The notes: generated by a model from the letters alone, not told the origin. A stretch of DNA of 64,000 bases from Thecamonas trahens ATCC 50062 (GCF_000142905.1 NW_013657658.1:186001-250000); one strand, 5' to 3'; positions 25,401 to 36,698 are shown, counted from the stretch's first letter. Numbers and translations: made by a program.

Positions 25401-27792
25401 TGGTCGATGAACTCGGCGATCCACGAGTCCGGCGCCACGTCGATGGTCTCCTCCAACTCGCGCAGCGACTCGGCGTCGGCGTGGACGTTGAGCATGGTGA
25501 TAAAGTACTCGGGCGGCCGCAGCCCAACCGAGACGTCGACTTGCGACGCCTCGTCGCCGCCAGGCGTCACCGCCGTCGACGAGAGCCCGCCGTCGTCTCC
25601 ACCGGGAGTCAGCGGCCGCTCGGCCTCGCCGCCCGAGCTCATCGCCGGGTCCGCAATCGAGCTCAGCGACGGCGCGCCGGTCGAGAGCGAGTCGCGTGTC
25701 CGCCCAAACACAGACCCGCGCCGCCGCCGCAGAAACGCCTGCGTGCCGGACGGCGTCGACTGGAGTACAAATGAGCCGCGAGGGCCCGTCCGACTCACCG
25801 CCAGACTGCCGCTCCCCTTGGTCGGCTGGAGGCCCATCTTGGCGTCTTGCAGCTTGGCCACGGCGTCGAGCAGCGCCCGCTTCGCCGCCCGATCCTCGGG
25901 CGTCTCTACAAACGACTCGACCGCGTTTCGCACTCCGCCCACCGTCCGGTGCAGGAGCTCGGCGTGGTACCGATACTCAGCAGCGATGGCATCGTTCGGC
26001 GCCGATACTGCGCCTTTCTTGAGCAAGTTGCCGAGCGCTCTGACCGTGTTGGTGGCGTAGTGCTCGTCGGCCGAGACTCGCTCGACGTCACCGGTCGCCA
26101 CCGAGATGTACATCCGCGAAATGGCGACGCCCACAGCCTGCGCCGCCTCTTGCACCGGCGCAGAGGCGTAGAGGAGCTCCTGTGCTGTCCCGCCAGTCTC
26201 GCTCGTAGATGGAGTGTTCACATCGTCGTCTCCCGAGAGACTCAGCTTGAGCCGCCGCTTGCGTGCAAAGAGCTCAGCCCGGGTCGAGCTCTCGTCCTCC
26301 GACTCCTTGCCGCTGATGGTGAGCGATCGTGAGCGGACAAGGCGCGCCCGCGCATCATCGCCGCTCCTTCGGACGCCCATGTCGTCGAGCTCCTGTCGCA
26401 TGTGCCGCGGCAGTGCTGCCAGCGGCCCGAGCGACTTGGAATGCTCCAGCGTAGTCTCGCAGGAGGTGTTGCAGCCCGAGTCTGAGCTCGAGCCCGAGCC
26501 CGAGCCCGAGTTGGGCACGACCGCGATGTGTGCCATCGAAGAGAGCGCAATAACGTCCGAGGTTCCAGAGCCTGCGCCTGAGCACGAGCCTGAGCTCGAG
26601 CCTGAGTCCGAGCCGCGGAAAAACGATGACGGCTTGCGGGAGAGGACTGAGCCGAGCTCGGACTCATCGTCGTCGTCGTACGCGATTTCCAGCACCGACG
26701 GCTGGACAAAGACGCCGCGAAGTGGCGGGCACGCAAAGTACGTGACATCGTCGACGCTGCCGTTGTTCTTGCCGACCTTCTCGTCAAGCTCGACGCCGAC
26801 CCACGTCCCGCGCGCAAAGTGAGTCTCGCCAATGAACCGCACCACGCCCGAAACTGCACCGAGGACACGGACCCTCGTTCCCGGCGCCATGTTGGAAATG
26901 ATGACTCGTTGGCCCAGCGACGACGACGGGAGCGATGACCAGATGTCAGGGTCTGGTCGTCCATCGTGTGCCGACCGCACCACCTCAACCACGTTATCAT
27001 AGTGGCCATGGCCGTGCGCCGGGAGCGGCTCGTGCGACGCTGCGCCCGTCGGCGACGCACTGGCGCCGCGTGGAAGCAACGGCCGGAACTGGATTCGGTG
27101 CCGAAGCGCATGGGCTGCGGGAGGCAGCGACGTCGCTCGGTTGCTGGGTCTACTCGATCGAGCCGGCTCGCCCACCCGGGCCGGCGAGTCGAGCGTCGCC
27201 GGCCGGTTCTGGCGTGAAGCTCCACGGCGCACGTTCTTGAGTGCAGACCCTTCTGGCTCGCGGACTCGCGGCTCACCGCCAGGTGACCGGCGTGAACGCG
27301 ACCGTCGGCGCGAGCCCGAACGTGACCCCGATCGCGAGCTGGGCCGATCGACGGCCCGCGGGCGGGCACGTGTCTGTGGCTGCGGCTGTGACCTGCTCGT
27401 CTTTCCGGAGAGCTGGGCGAGCAGCGCCGAGTTGTCATCGGAGAGGGTGTAGTCTGTCGGAATGGCGTAGCGATTGCGGGCAAGAGCGACGTTCTCCGGG
27501 CGGACAAAGACACCGCAGCGGCGCGGGCAGCGAAAGTAGCGGGCGTTGACGTCCTTGCCGTCGCAATTGCCAAGCGGTGCCGCCAGCTCCAGGCCGAGAA
27601 ACACACCTTCTCGGAAGGCCGCGGTCCGACATAGCGAACAAGGCCCACCACCGACTCGCCACGGAGGCGGACCTCGACGGCAGCGCCCACCGATGGGGTC
27701 TTGCGGGCCGCCGCCCGTGCCCTGGCCAGGGTGGCGGCGTAGTAGGCTTCACCCGCCCCCGTAGCAGCAGCAGCAGCAGCAGCATCAGCCAT
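22427..27792 (-). CDS. Formin (GBD/FH3, coiled coil, FH1, FH2) with two N-terminal CAP-Gly domains; frameshift near 27623
   Basis: CAP-Gly 1: GLVRYVGP..FREGVFLGLEL..PLGNCDG...RYF.C....GVFVRP. CAP-Gly 2: GVVRFIGETHFARGTWVGVELDEKVGKNNGSV....YF.C....GVFV. FH3: WIAEFIDQLGF and LINTLV....RVDLR.EL. Poly-Pro FH1. FH2: LEELF, KRSNNV, LGEAEQF, LASLLKL.GTK, LLHY. Confidence 0.9.
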
Positions 27793-28259
27793 GTGCCCCC
27801 GCCCCTGTTCCACTCGGTTTCCCTCCAACAGGTATCCAAGGGCACGGTCGTGGGGCGTGGAATGGGTGAGGTGAAGTGTTGCTGGTACGTAAGGGGGGGG
27901 GGGGAGGGGGGAAGGTCAACCATACCGTCGCCGTGGGCCGCCCCTGCCGCAACGGGTCGAACAACCAAAGCCCACCCCCACACACTCCCCTGACACAGCC
28001 ACTCAACAAACCAATGAACAACATGCGCAAATGGCAAAGATGACATGCCACCCGCCAGCCCACCACCAATAACCCTCGGCAGCGGGGGGGGGGCGGCGTT
28101 GGCGCGGAGCCATNNNNNNNNNNNNNNNNNNNNNNNNNNNNNNNNNNNNNNNNNNNNNNNNNNNNNNNNNNNNNNNNNNNNNNNNNNNNNNNNNNNNNNN
28201 NNNNNNNNNNNNNNNNNNNNNNNNNNNNNNNNNNNNNNNNNNNNNNCTCAACCTTGCCC

Positions 28260-28314
28260 CCCACCCACCACCACCACCACCACCACCACCACCACCACCA
28301 CCACCACCACCACC
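28260..28314. repeat. (CCA)n trinucleotide tract upstream of the lipase gene
   Basis: Seen directly. Confidence 0.9.
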
Positions 28315-28346
28315 CTCCACCCATCACCTTACACTTGTAGCACATC

Positions 28347-29777
28347 ATGCTGGCCAGAGTGTTTGAAGTTGGACTCTCGGGCTTGCTACGCTTCGCCATG
28401 GCCTTTGTGGTCGTGGGCATGGAGGCGGCTCTCCGAGTCACCGTCTTCCTCATTCCCTCGGTAAGGCAGCGCTCTTCCCCCTCCCCTTCCCGTCCCCCGA
28501 TCTGATCGCACTCACCCCCTGTCACTTGTCGTCTTTCAGTTTGTCATCCGGGCTGCATCGAGCCTTCGCAAGCAGGCTCTGCGGGCGCTCCCGCCGTCGC
28601 TGCGGTCGTTGCGGGGCGTGGCCGAACCGGCCGATCCGTGCATGGTGACGGCGACATACTCGGCGTCGACGAGCGAGCTGGCGCGGTTCTACGGATACGG
28701 GTGCGAGGAGCATGCGGCGGTGACGTCAGATGGCTTTGTCCTCATTCTGCATCGGATCACCCCGCGCCACGGCCCGCGCCACGGCGCGCCGCCTGTCCTT
28801 GTTCAGCACGGCCTACTGCAGTGCTCCGAGACGTGGGTGACGACCAACGACGCCTTGGCCTTTGCGCTTGTGGACGCCGGCTTTGACGTCTGGCTCGCCA
28901 ACAACCGCGGCAACCGGTACTCGTGCAAGCACACCCGGCTGCGGCCGGACGATCGGCGGTACTGGGACTTTTCGCTCGACCAGCACGCGCTCATCGACCT
29001 GCCGACCAACGTCGATGCTGTTCTTGAGTCTCGGGCACCCAGCGGCTGGCGTACGTCGGCTTCTCGCAGGGCTCGGCCATGGGCTTTGCCGGCTTTTCGC
29101 TCTCGCCGGAGCTCTCGGCCAAGATCAATGTGTTTGTGGCGCTTGCGCCTGCCGCCCGCGCTGTCGGCCTCCAATCAGGCCTGCTCAAGACTTTTGTCGA
29201 CTGCGCACCCGACTCGCTCTATTTGCTATTTGGCAACACGCGCATTGTGCCGTCGGCCATCTGGTGGCGCAACAACCTCTCGCCGGGCCTCTTTGTCACC
29301 ACCATTGACCTCTGCGTCCGCTATCTGTTTGGCTGGCGGACGGCGTCCATGTCGCGCCTTCGCAAGAAGCTCTGCTACCCGCATCTCTATTCGCCGTCGT
29401 CGGTCAAGACCGTCGTCCACTGGTTCCAGATTGTCATCTCCAACCGGTTCCAGATGTACGACGACTCCTTTACGACAAACTCTGCATACACCGGTGCCGT
29501 CCCGGTCGAGTATCCCATCTCGCAGCTCTCCATGCCACTCGCGCTCTTCTACGGTGGCGAAGACAAGCTGCCTGACTTTGAGTGGCTGCTCTCGGTTGTG
29601 CCGGCGTCAGCCACCGTCGCCCGCATTCCACACTACGAGCACGTCGACCTGATGTGGGCCGACGACGCATCGGACCTGGTCTTCAATCCGGTCATCGACA
29701 TCCTCGCTGCTCACGCTGACGCGGTCCCGGTCCCGGTCCCTGCGCCACGCATTCCTGACTCGCGCCGTGTTGCGTGA
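28347..29777 (+). CDS. Acid lipase / sterol esterase (Tgl1/Yeh1/LIPA family); exon 1 28347-28460, intron 28461-28539, frameshift near 29030
   Basis: EEHAAVTSDGFVLILHRI, PVLVQHGLL, GFDVWLANNRGN.YS, nucleophile YVGFSQG, Asp in YGGEDKL, His in YEHVD, and an N-terminal TM segment. Confidence 0.9.
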
Positions 29778-29808
29778 AGATGATGATGGTTTATTGTCCA
29801 AGGTCAAG

Positions 29809-30852
29809 TTACAGGTGCTGGGCCTTGGTCAGCGCTTCGAACACTGCCAGCCGCGGACGCCACCACGACGCGCCGCTCCAGGCCGAGCCCGGCGTCCGCC
29901 GGGTCATGTGCCGCATTGGGCATCCACCGCTTTGCAGATCGCCATGCGGGCAGATGCCAATGGCCGCAAAGCTGAGGCAAATCTCAACGCTTGCGGATGC
30001 CGAAGCTCGTGGCGCGGTCGCCTGCGGCCGCTTGGAGCAGCATGCCGCCGGCGCCATGGCGGGCGCAGTCGCGGACTTGGCCGCAGGCTTGGCCGCGGGC
30101 GCAGTTGCCGCCGCGTTCGCCATCGCGGTCGCCTGCTCGGTCGGCGCCACGGACGTCACCGAGGCCGCCGAGGCAGACGAGGCCTCGGACGCTTCCGACG
30201 ACGTGTCCGACTCGTCGGCGATCGGTCGACGGTCAGCAAGTGACAGGCGGTGCAAGCCGGCAGAAGGATAGGCGTGCCGCGCCGCAGAAGCCTTGCCCGA
30301 CGAGCTCTTGGTCGACGAGCGCCGGTCGGTTGCGGGCCGGGCCGGCCCCCGCCTTGCTTGCCGCGGGCGGGCCGGTCGAGCCGGCCGCGGAAGCGCCAGC
30401 GGAGACGGCGAAGGGCGGAAGACTTGCTTGATGGTCTTGGTATGTCCCAGATTGTCGTTGCGTGAGCGAAGGTCGGTCTCCCCGTGCGCAAAGAGGCACC
30501 TGTAGCAGCCATGGTGTGAGTTAGAGGCGCGCTGCCCAACAGAAAAAGGTCGTGAAACTCGATGCGACTTGGCACCCCCTCTCCCCCAGAACCTTCCATC
30601 GCCCCTCCCACCACCCGGTACGTACTTGGATCCAAACTTGCACGTCCCGCGCTGCTTCCAGTGCTTGCAAATGGTTGTCTTGTACAGCACAAGCACGTGC
30701 CGGGAGCCATCTGGGCGCACAGACGGCGGAGTACGTCCCGGAAGCCGGCCCGGCTTCCGCCGCTGATCGCGATCAGGACCTGCCAGGTCACGCCCGCCGC
30801 CGGCACCCCGCTGCCGCCGGCTGCATCCGATCCGCGACTTTCGTCCGCTCAT
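29809..30852 (-). CDS. CCCH zinc-finger protein; intron 30625-30500; start uncertain
   Basis: Splicing restores a TTP-like finger YKTTICKHWKQRGTCKFGSK|CLFAHGETDLR. A second finger reads EICLSFAAIGICPHGD....CPMRH. Confidence 0.75.
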   Translation of the reverse strand: MSGRKSRIGCSRRQRGAGGGRDLAGPDRDQRRKPGRLPGRTPPSVRPDGSRHVLVLYKTTICKHWKQRGTCKFGSKYVPGGGRGDGRFWGRGGAKSHRVSRPFSVGQRASNSHHGCYRCLFAHGETDLRSRNDNLGHTKTIKQVFRPSPSPLALPRPARPARPRQARRGPARPATDRRSSTKSSSGKASAARHAYPSAGLHRLSLADRRPIADESDTSSEASEASSASAASVTSVAPTEQATAMANAAATAPAAKPAAKSATAPAMAPAACCSKRPQATAPRASASASVEICLSFAAIGICPHGDLQSGGCPMRHMTRRTPGSAWSGASWWRPRLAVFEALTKAQHL

Positions 30853-31083
30853 TCTCCTTGGCAATGGCCTGTGTTGACGTCTAAGAAGCTTGCTTGCTGC
30901 GAGGCTTCCGGCTTTGTCCGGAGATAAGTCTTGCGTCAACGCCATTCGCGCCGCCCATCGCGATCTGCCGCCGATCGTGATCGCGATCGCGCAGCCAAGA
31001 CAGCCCGAGTGCGACTCAACGCCACACGGGCGCGCGAGCCCGGCACAAACAGCGAGCGCGACACAGCGCTCTCGCCGAGGCTC

Positions 31084-32546
31084 ATGGCGAGAGCGGAGCG
31101 TGCGCACTCGCGCAGGCTCGCCAACTGGATGGCTCTGCTGCCGGAGGAAGCGCTTGCCCGGCGGGTATGGGAGGTGGCCCTCCCGGGGAGCCACGACTCT
31201 GCGGCGCACGCCGTGGCCTTCTGGCACACTCTGCGGGCATCGTACGCAAGCCTGCCCACCCGGCGGCTGGCCGGGCGTGTGCTGCGCGCAGTGGCGCCGG
31301 TGGCTGCCCCACTCGGGTGGATCATCCGCGGGTGGGCGCAGACGCAGGCGCTGGACATTGCCGGCCAGCTCGCCGCCGGCGTGCGGGTCCTTGATCTGCG
31401 GGTCTATGCCTGGCACTCTTCGGCGGCAGAAGCAGGCGATGATGAGGCGGCGGCGGCGAGCGGCGATGGGCTGCAGTATGCGCTCTCGCACTCGTTTCCC
31501 ACCGGTGAGGCGCTGGAGGACGCCCTGGACGCGGTACTCGCCTTTCTCGCCGAGCACCCGACCGAGCTCGTCGTCGTCCGCCTCACCGAGGACGGAGAGC
31601 CCTTCCGCGCCCCACACCTTCTCATGGCCATGCTCGACAACTGCATCGCTCCAGCGCTTGCCCGCCACGCTGCCGTCGTCGCCGCCGTCTCCTCGGTCGA
31701 GCTCGAGCGCCCCATGGCCGAGCTGATCGCCGACGGCCGCCGACTGGTTCTTCTCTGGGAAGGCTCGCTCGACGCTCTGCCTGCCATAGACACGTTGCCG
31801 AGCTATATGGTGTGGGCGCTCGCCACGTCGTCTCCTCTCACTGGGACAACACCGACGAGCTCGAGGTCAAGCTTGCCGCCCTCGACGCACGCGTCAGCCT
31901 CCTTGCCGAGAGCCCGCCAGCGCTCTTCTCCGAGATCGACTTTTGCCTCACCCCGTCGCAGCCGCTCATCCGCTCGCGCTACCTTCCGTGGCAGCGATGC
32001 GCGCGGCAGACATACGGCTCTCTGGCCTCGCTCTGTGAAGCCATGAACATCTCTGCCACCGAGTACGTCACCGCCCACGGCGCCGCCCTCGCCAGCTCGG
32101 CCTCGTTCCTTTCGTTCGACTTTGTGGACCCAGACCTGATGGCATGCGTCATCTATTCACTCTACGCCATCGATTGCCGCGCTCGCACTGGTGGCAAGTA
32201 TGGTGAGTCCCATGGCGGCAGCAGCGTGTGCTGCAGCGATGGCTTGTCGAGTTCAACCGTTCATCGTTCCAGCGACGACGAGCACGCCTCTGACCTGGAC
32301 GCATCGCAGCCGCTCCTGGATCCCGCTAGCCCGAGGTGGATCAAACTCACCAGCAGCCGTAGTCATCAACGCAAGGAGTGGAGAGATGCGGCGCCGCAGG
32401 GACGCTGCACGCGCTGTGCGATCTTGCCAACCGCTTGGCTTCTGCCGCCACCGCCGGGCGACAGCTCGCAGAAGCCGACTGACTCGGAGCAGACCTGGTC
32501 GGTGCTATCGACTTTGACCGCCGTGTTGATCGACGGCAGGGCGTGA
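31084..32546 (+). CDS. PI-PLC X-domain-containing protein (PLCXD-like); frameshift near 31815; 3' end uncertain
   Basis: NWMALL...VALPGSHDS, WAQTQALDIAGQLAAGVRVLDLR, FLAEHPTELVVV, HWDNT, FLSFDFV. Confidence 0.85.
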
Positions 32547-32723
32547 GCTCGGCTAGAAGGAGGAAGAAGAACTCCGTCTCCCAATGCGCCCGCGGATCGA
32601 TGCCGACGTCGATGACATTATGCACGTCGAGCGGGGCGGGAAACGCAGAGCAGATCTCCGACGCCAGCCGCCGGTCGTCCATCACCTCGTGCACGTCGGC
32701 ACTTGTCGCCGACGCCCGCCCAA

Positions 32724-33189
32724 ATGCGCCTGGCTGTCCGGACGCTGCTGCAGGCCTACGTGCCGAGCATTCGGTTCTCCAACACCCACCGTCTGTTCAA
32801 GGAGGTGAGCGGAAGCAGTTCTGCTTCTGCCTCCTCCACTGCCGGTGCCAAGGCTGGGGTCAACGTGGAGTCCGTCACTGTGGTGGATTCCTGGGCTGGT
32901 ACGTGCCCCCCTTCCCCCCCTTCCCTCCCCCACTCTGCGCCGCGTCAACCACCGCCACAGCCGCTGCTCCGACCCGCGCCTTCCCCTCCTCCTCCGCACC
33001 CCTACCTCCCCCCTACCACACACACACACATACTCACTCTCCCCCGTCCCCCTCCTCTGTCGCCCCCACCCCTCCCCTCTCCCCCTCCCCTCCCTCCCGC
33101 CTCCAGACCTGCCCGCCTACTACGCGCCGCGACCCGTCGCCGAATGGGAGATGGAGGCGCTGGTCGACGGTGTCGCCGGCAACCACTAA
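32724..33189 (+). CDS. KGD4: KGD4/MRPS36-like 2-oxoglutarate dehydrogenase adaptor (85 aa); exons 32724-32898 and 33107-33189
   Basis: A presequence-like MRLAVRTLLQA is followed by YVPSIRF, a Ser/Ala linker, and a C-terminal W.DLPAYYAPRPVAEWEMEALVDG. The GTACGT..CCAG intron joins in phase. The spliced product is not represented in the ORF track. Confidence 0.7.
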
Positions 33190-33339
33190 TGGCGTCACAG
33201 GTAGAAGCCGATCCGTTTGTGAGGGACTGCTATGCGGCTCGACACTGTGTAGCCCTTGCACAACGGATGAGCAATCGGCACGCGACTGGTCCCGGTGGCC
33301 TACTTGTTCGAAACTGCTTACGACGAGATAAAGACACGT

Positions 33340-35421
33340 TTATGGTCCGCCTGCCGATGACGCAGGGGCGGTCGAGGCTGCGGCCGAGGTGACAGCGGCC
33401 ACGATGGCGCGGTTTCGATGGGCGCCAAAGGCGGCGTCGGTGCCCTCGACCTCCTCGACCCAGGCCATTGTGAGCTCGGGGAGAATCTCGACGATGAGCT
33501 CGTCGACGTGCTTGCGAATGCGGAGCTGCCGCTCGGAGCGCGAAGGGATGGAGAAGACCTCGTCCTGGGCGGTGTTGATGATGGCGACCTCAGCGTCGCG
33601 CTTGGCATCGGCGCGCGCAACCTCAGCACGCAGCTCTGCCCGGGCGCCGGCATACTCGGCTCGGGCGGCCTTGACCGCGTCGAGCACGCTCGCCGCAGCG
33701 CCGAGGTACGACTTGGCACGTCGCGAGTTGGGCGGCGACGGCGCGCGCTCGATGCGCTGCACGATGACGTCGCGCCCAGCGTCGGTGTGCTTGTTGTACA
33801 GTCGGAGGTGGTGGGCGATGAGCGGGCAGTTGCCGCAGGTGTTGAACGGGACAAACATGTAAGCATCGCGCGGCGGGGCCCGCGGCGCGGCAGGCGAATT
33901 CGGCGCAGCATCGCGGCCTGCACCTGCTCCGGCCGCTGACAACCCGCGGCGGGCTCTCAGCGAGCTCCGCGCCCGAGGCGGGTCAGATGACGGCGGGGCA
34001 GGTGCCAGTGGCGGCGCGCCCGGCTCGGGCGACGGCGGGCGCGGGCCGCGTCCGCTAACCCGTGCAGCGCCCTCGCGATGGCGCTGGAACATCTTGTGCA
34101 GCGTCGCAGTCTTGCGTGGTGCAGACGTCGAGCCCGGCAAGTCCTCCATTGACGCTCGGGTCTCCTGCTCAAAGTCCTCCATGACCTGCATGGCGGTCTC
34201 GTGCACAATGGTAACAAAGTCCTTCGAGTCGGGCAGGAGCGCCGCCGGCCACGTCGCCCACACCCGGTACGGCGCCTTGGTCCCAGACATCCACAGGTAC
34301 ACCATGTTGCAGAGCTTGTCTTTGAACGGCGGGCCAAAGGCGGTGAAGACCGACTGCGGGAAGGCTTCGCAGAAGGAGCGAAAGAGCGCCATGGCCAGGC
34401 ACGACGGGTAGCGCTTGAAAAAGTCGTCCTTGAACTTGGGCGGGACGAGCATAAAGAGTCGGGTGTAGTTGTCAGCGATGCGATCAAACATGGCGTTCAT
34501 GTCCGAAGCCTTGGCCGCCGACTGCAGCTTGGAAGTGTTGTACTCGGAGCACCAGAACCACCAGAACACGTCCTGCAGAATATCGATGGAGAGCCGCGAC
34601 CGGAACAGCAGCTTCCACTCGCCCATCGACATGGTGGGCACAAAGGTGAAGAGCTCGCTGACAAACAGCATGATGTCTGCCGCGTTGCGGTCCTCTGGCA
34701 GCGGCAGCGGCGTCGTAGCATCGGGATTGAAGCCCGGGTACTTGGCCACCGTCACAATGTTGTTCTGCACATTGGCGTAAAGCGCCCGCGCGTTGGTCGG
34801 CAGCGCCGCAGCACGGATCCGCGCCTCGGCCGCAGGCGTTCCGGGCGCAGCCACGGCCACGGCCCCGCTCCCGCTCCCGCCAGCTTCGGACGGCTGGGTG
34901 ATGAACGTCGGCTGGTGGTCGGCCGAGTCGGCATCGAGCTGGCTCGCCTGCACGGGATCGAGTCCGTACACCGCCACAGACTTGAGCAGCTCGGTCCAGT
35001 CGTACCGCATCAGCGTCTTCTCCAGCTCGCCCATCCGCTCCATCAGCTCGTCTAGCTCGCGGGTGGCAAAGGCGACCTCGGACATCTGCACCGCCGCGTG
35101 CAGCGATGTCAGCTCCTCCAGCGCCAGACCCTCGCTGCTGCCTGCCTCCCCGCCTCGACCTTGACCTCCGCCCGATCCCTCCCCTGGCCCCGCCCCCCCT
35201 CCTGCTTCTGCTCCTCCTCCCGCCCCCGCTCCCGTTCCGTCTCTGCCATCAGCCCGTCTCGGGCTGGCCTTGCGGACGGCGAGAGCAACTGCCGCCGCGT
35301 TGGCCGCACCTGCCGCAATGGTCAGCCCAGCATACGGACGCACAAGCTCCGACTTGGGTCCCGGAAGTGGTGGCCAGGCCTTGGACCCGAGCAGGTTCTC
35401 CAGCGGGTCGCTGTCCTGCAT
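33340..35421 (-). CDS. FAM227: FAM227-family (FWWh domain) protein
   Basis: ILQDVFWWF, MFDRIADNYTRLF, KDDFFKRYPSCLAMALF..F.EAFPQS, FNTCGNCPLI. Confidence 0.8.
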   Translation of the reverse strand: MQDSDPLENLLGSKAWPPLPGPKSELVRPYAGLTIAAGAANAAAVALAVRKASPRRADGRDGTGAGAGGGAEAGGGAGPGEGSGGGQGRGGEAGSSEGLALEELTSLHAAVQMSEVAFATRELDELMERMGELEKTLMRYDWTELLKSVAVYGLDPVQASQLDADSADHQPTFITQPSEAGGSGSGAVAVAAPGTPAAEARIRAAALPTNARALYANVQNNIVTVAKYPGFNPDATTPLPLPEDRNAADIMLFVSELFTFVPTMSMGEWKLLFRSRLSIDILQDVFWWFWCSEYNTSKLQSAAKASDMNAMFDRIADNYTRLFMLVPPKFKDDFFKRYPSCLAMALFRSFCEAFPQSVFTAFGPPFKDKLCNMVYLWMSGTKAPYRVWATWPAALLPDSKDFVTIVHETAMQVMEDFEQETRASMEDLPGSTSAPRKTATLHKMFQRHREGAARVSGRGPRPPSPEPGAPPLAPAPPSSDPPRARSSLRARRGLSAAGAGAGRDAAPNSPAAPRAPPRDAYMFVPFNTCGNCPLIAHHLRLYNKHTDAGRDVIVQRIERAPSPPNSRRAKSYLGAAASVLDAVKAARAEYAGARAELRAEVARADAKRDAEVAIINTAQDEVFSIPSRSERQLRIRKHVDELIVEILPELTMAWVEEVEGTDAAFGAHRNRAIVAAVTSAAASTAPASSAGGP

Positions 35422-35910
35422 GGCGGTGGTGGTGGTGGTGGCCGCGGTGGGTCGAGTGGCTGTCACCCGACTCGACTAGCTTCGGCGCAGGGAAGGGGAA
35501 GGGCAGTGCCAGCGTAAGCGATCGACGAGGAAGCGCATAGCTCACAGGCGATTCGAGTGGTGCTACTGTGCTTGATTGTCCATCAAGTCTTTACTTTGGA
35601 CGGCAGTGGCGATGGTGCGTGTGGGAGGGGGAGGGGACAGGGGGGCTGCAAGCTGGTCGGCTCGTAATCGGAGATCGTGAAAGTGGCAAGGAAGGCAACG
35701 GCGGGGCGGGAGGGGGGGGGACGATGCGGAAGGGCAGGGGGGCGGGTTCATGGGCGATGGGCTGGATGGATGGATGGCTGGCTGGTTGGATGGATGGATG
35801 GAAGGTGGGTTGGTTTGATGGAGGGAATGGAGGAGGACAGCAGCACAGTCTGCGTCCGGGCGGATGAGTGAGGGGAGGGGGGGGGGGGGTAATGATTGGG
35901 ATGAGGAGAG

Positions 35911-36564
35911 TTAAGCGGTGGTCATGGCCGACGGGCCATCGTCGTCACCAACGGTGGCCATGGCAGAGTCGAACTTGTCCGAGAGCACATCACAGAGGGC
36001 AGCAATGTCAGCAAAGGCCTGCTTGAGCACCTCGACCGCTGGGAGGCCCTTGGTCTGCAGCCGGACGTGCATAAAGTTCTCCGACGGATGCGGGACCGAG
36101 TAGCCGCAGAAGCCCACCGCAGGGCTGAAGACGGGCACACAATGATGACGACGAGATGATGAGTGATGACGACAGGGAGGGGGGGGGGGCAGGGGGCAGG
36201 GAGGGGGAGGGGGAGGGGGAGGGGGCAGGGGGCAGGGGGAGGGGGAGAGGGAAGGGTGCGATCGAGTCATGAGGAGGCAGCAGGCAGGCAGCAGGTAGAC
36301 AGCAGGCAGGCAGCATGCAGACAGCNNNNNNNNNNNNNNNNNNNNNNNNNNNNNNNNNNNNNNNNNNNNNNNNNNNNNNNNNNNNNNNNNNNNNNNNNNN
36401 NNNNNNNNNNNNNNNNNNNNNNNNNACCCCCCCCCCCCACCCCCCCCCCTCCCCCCACCCCTCCACCACCCTCACCCTTCCCCCCTCTCCCCTTCGCACC
36501 CCCTCGCACCCACCCTCCCCCTTGATGCGCCGTACTTAGCCTCGGATTGGGTCTCTGCCTTCAT
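35911..36564 (-). CDS. POLR1D: RNA polymerase I/III subunit AC19 (RPAC2); last exon 36124-35911, probable first exon 36564-36536, middle exon probably in the gap
   Basis: P.V.FCGYSVPHPSENFMHVRLQT.G.PAVEVL follows a TTCAG acceptor. The upstream candidate exon MKAETQSEA-AA|GTACGG is tentative. Confidence 0.8.
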
Positions 36565-36575
36565 CATCATCATCG

Positions 36576-36613
<38 letters not shown>
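36561..36613. repeat. (TCA)n trinucleotide tract between divergent genes
   Basis: Seen directly. Confidence 0.9.
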
Positions 36614-36698
36614 GTCTATCCCCCCCCCCCCCTCTCCCTCCCGCTTACCCCCAACCCCTATCACCTCGCTCCCCGCCCCCTCCCCACACACGCCGCCC

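Noticed and set aside
29809-31668. 619-aa ORF as one gene overlapping PLCXD
   Set aside because: Its 5' part is the antisense shadow of PLCXD; only the CCCH portion is supported.
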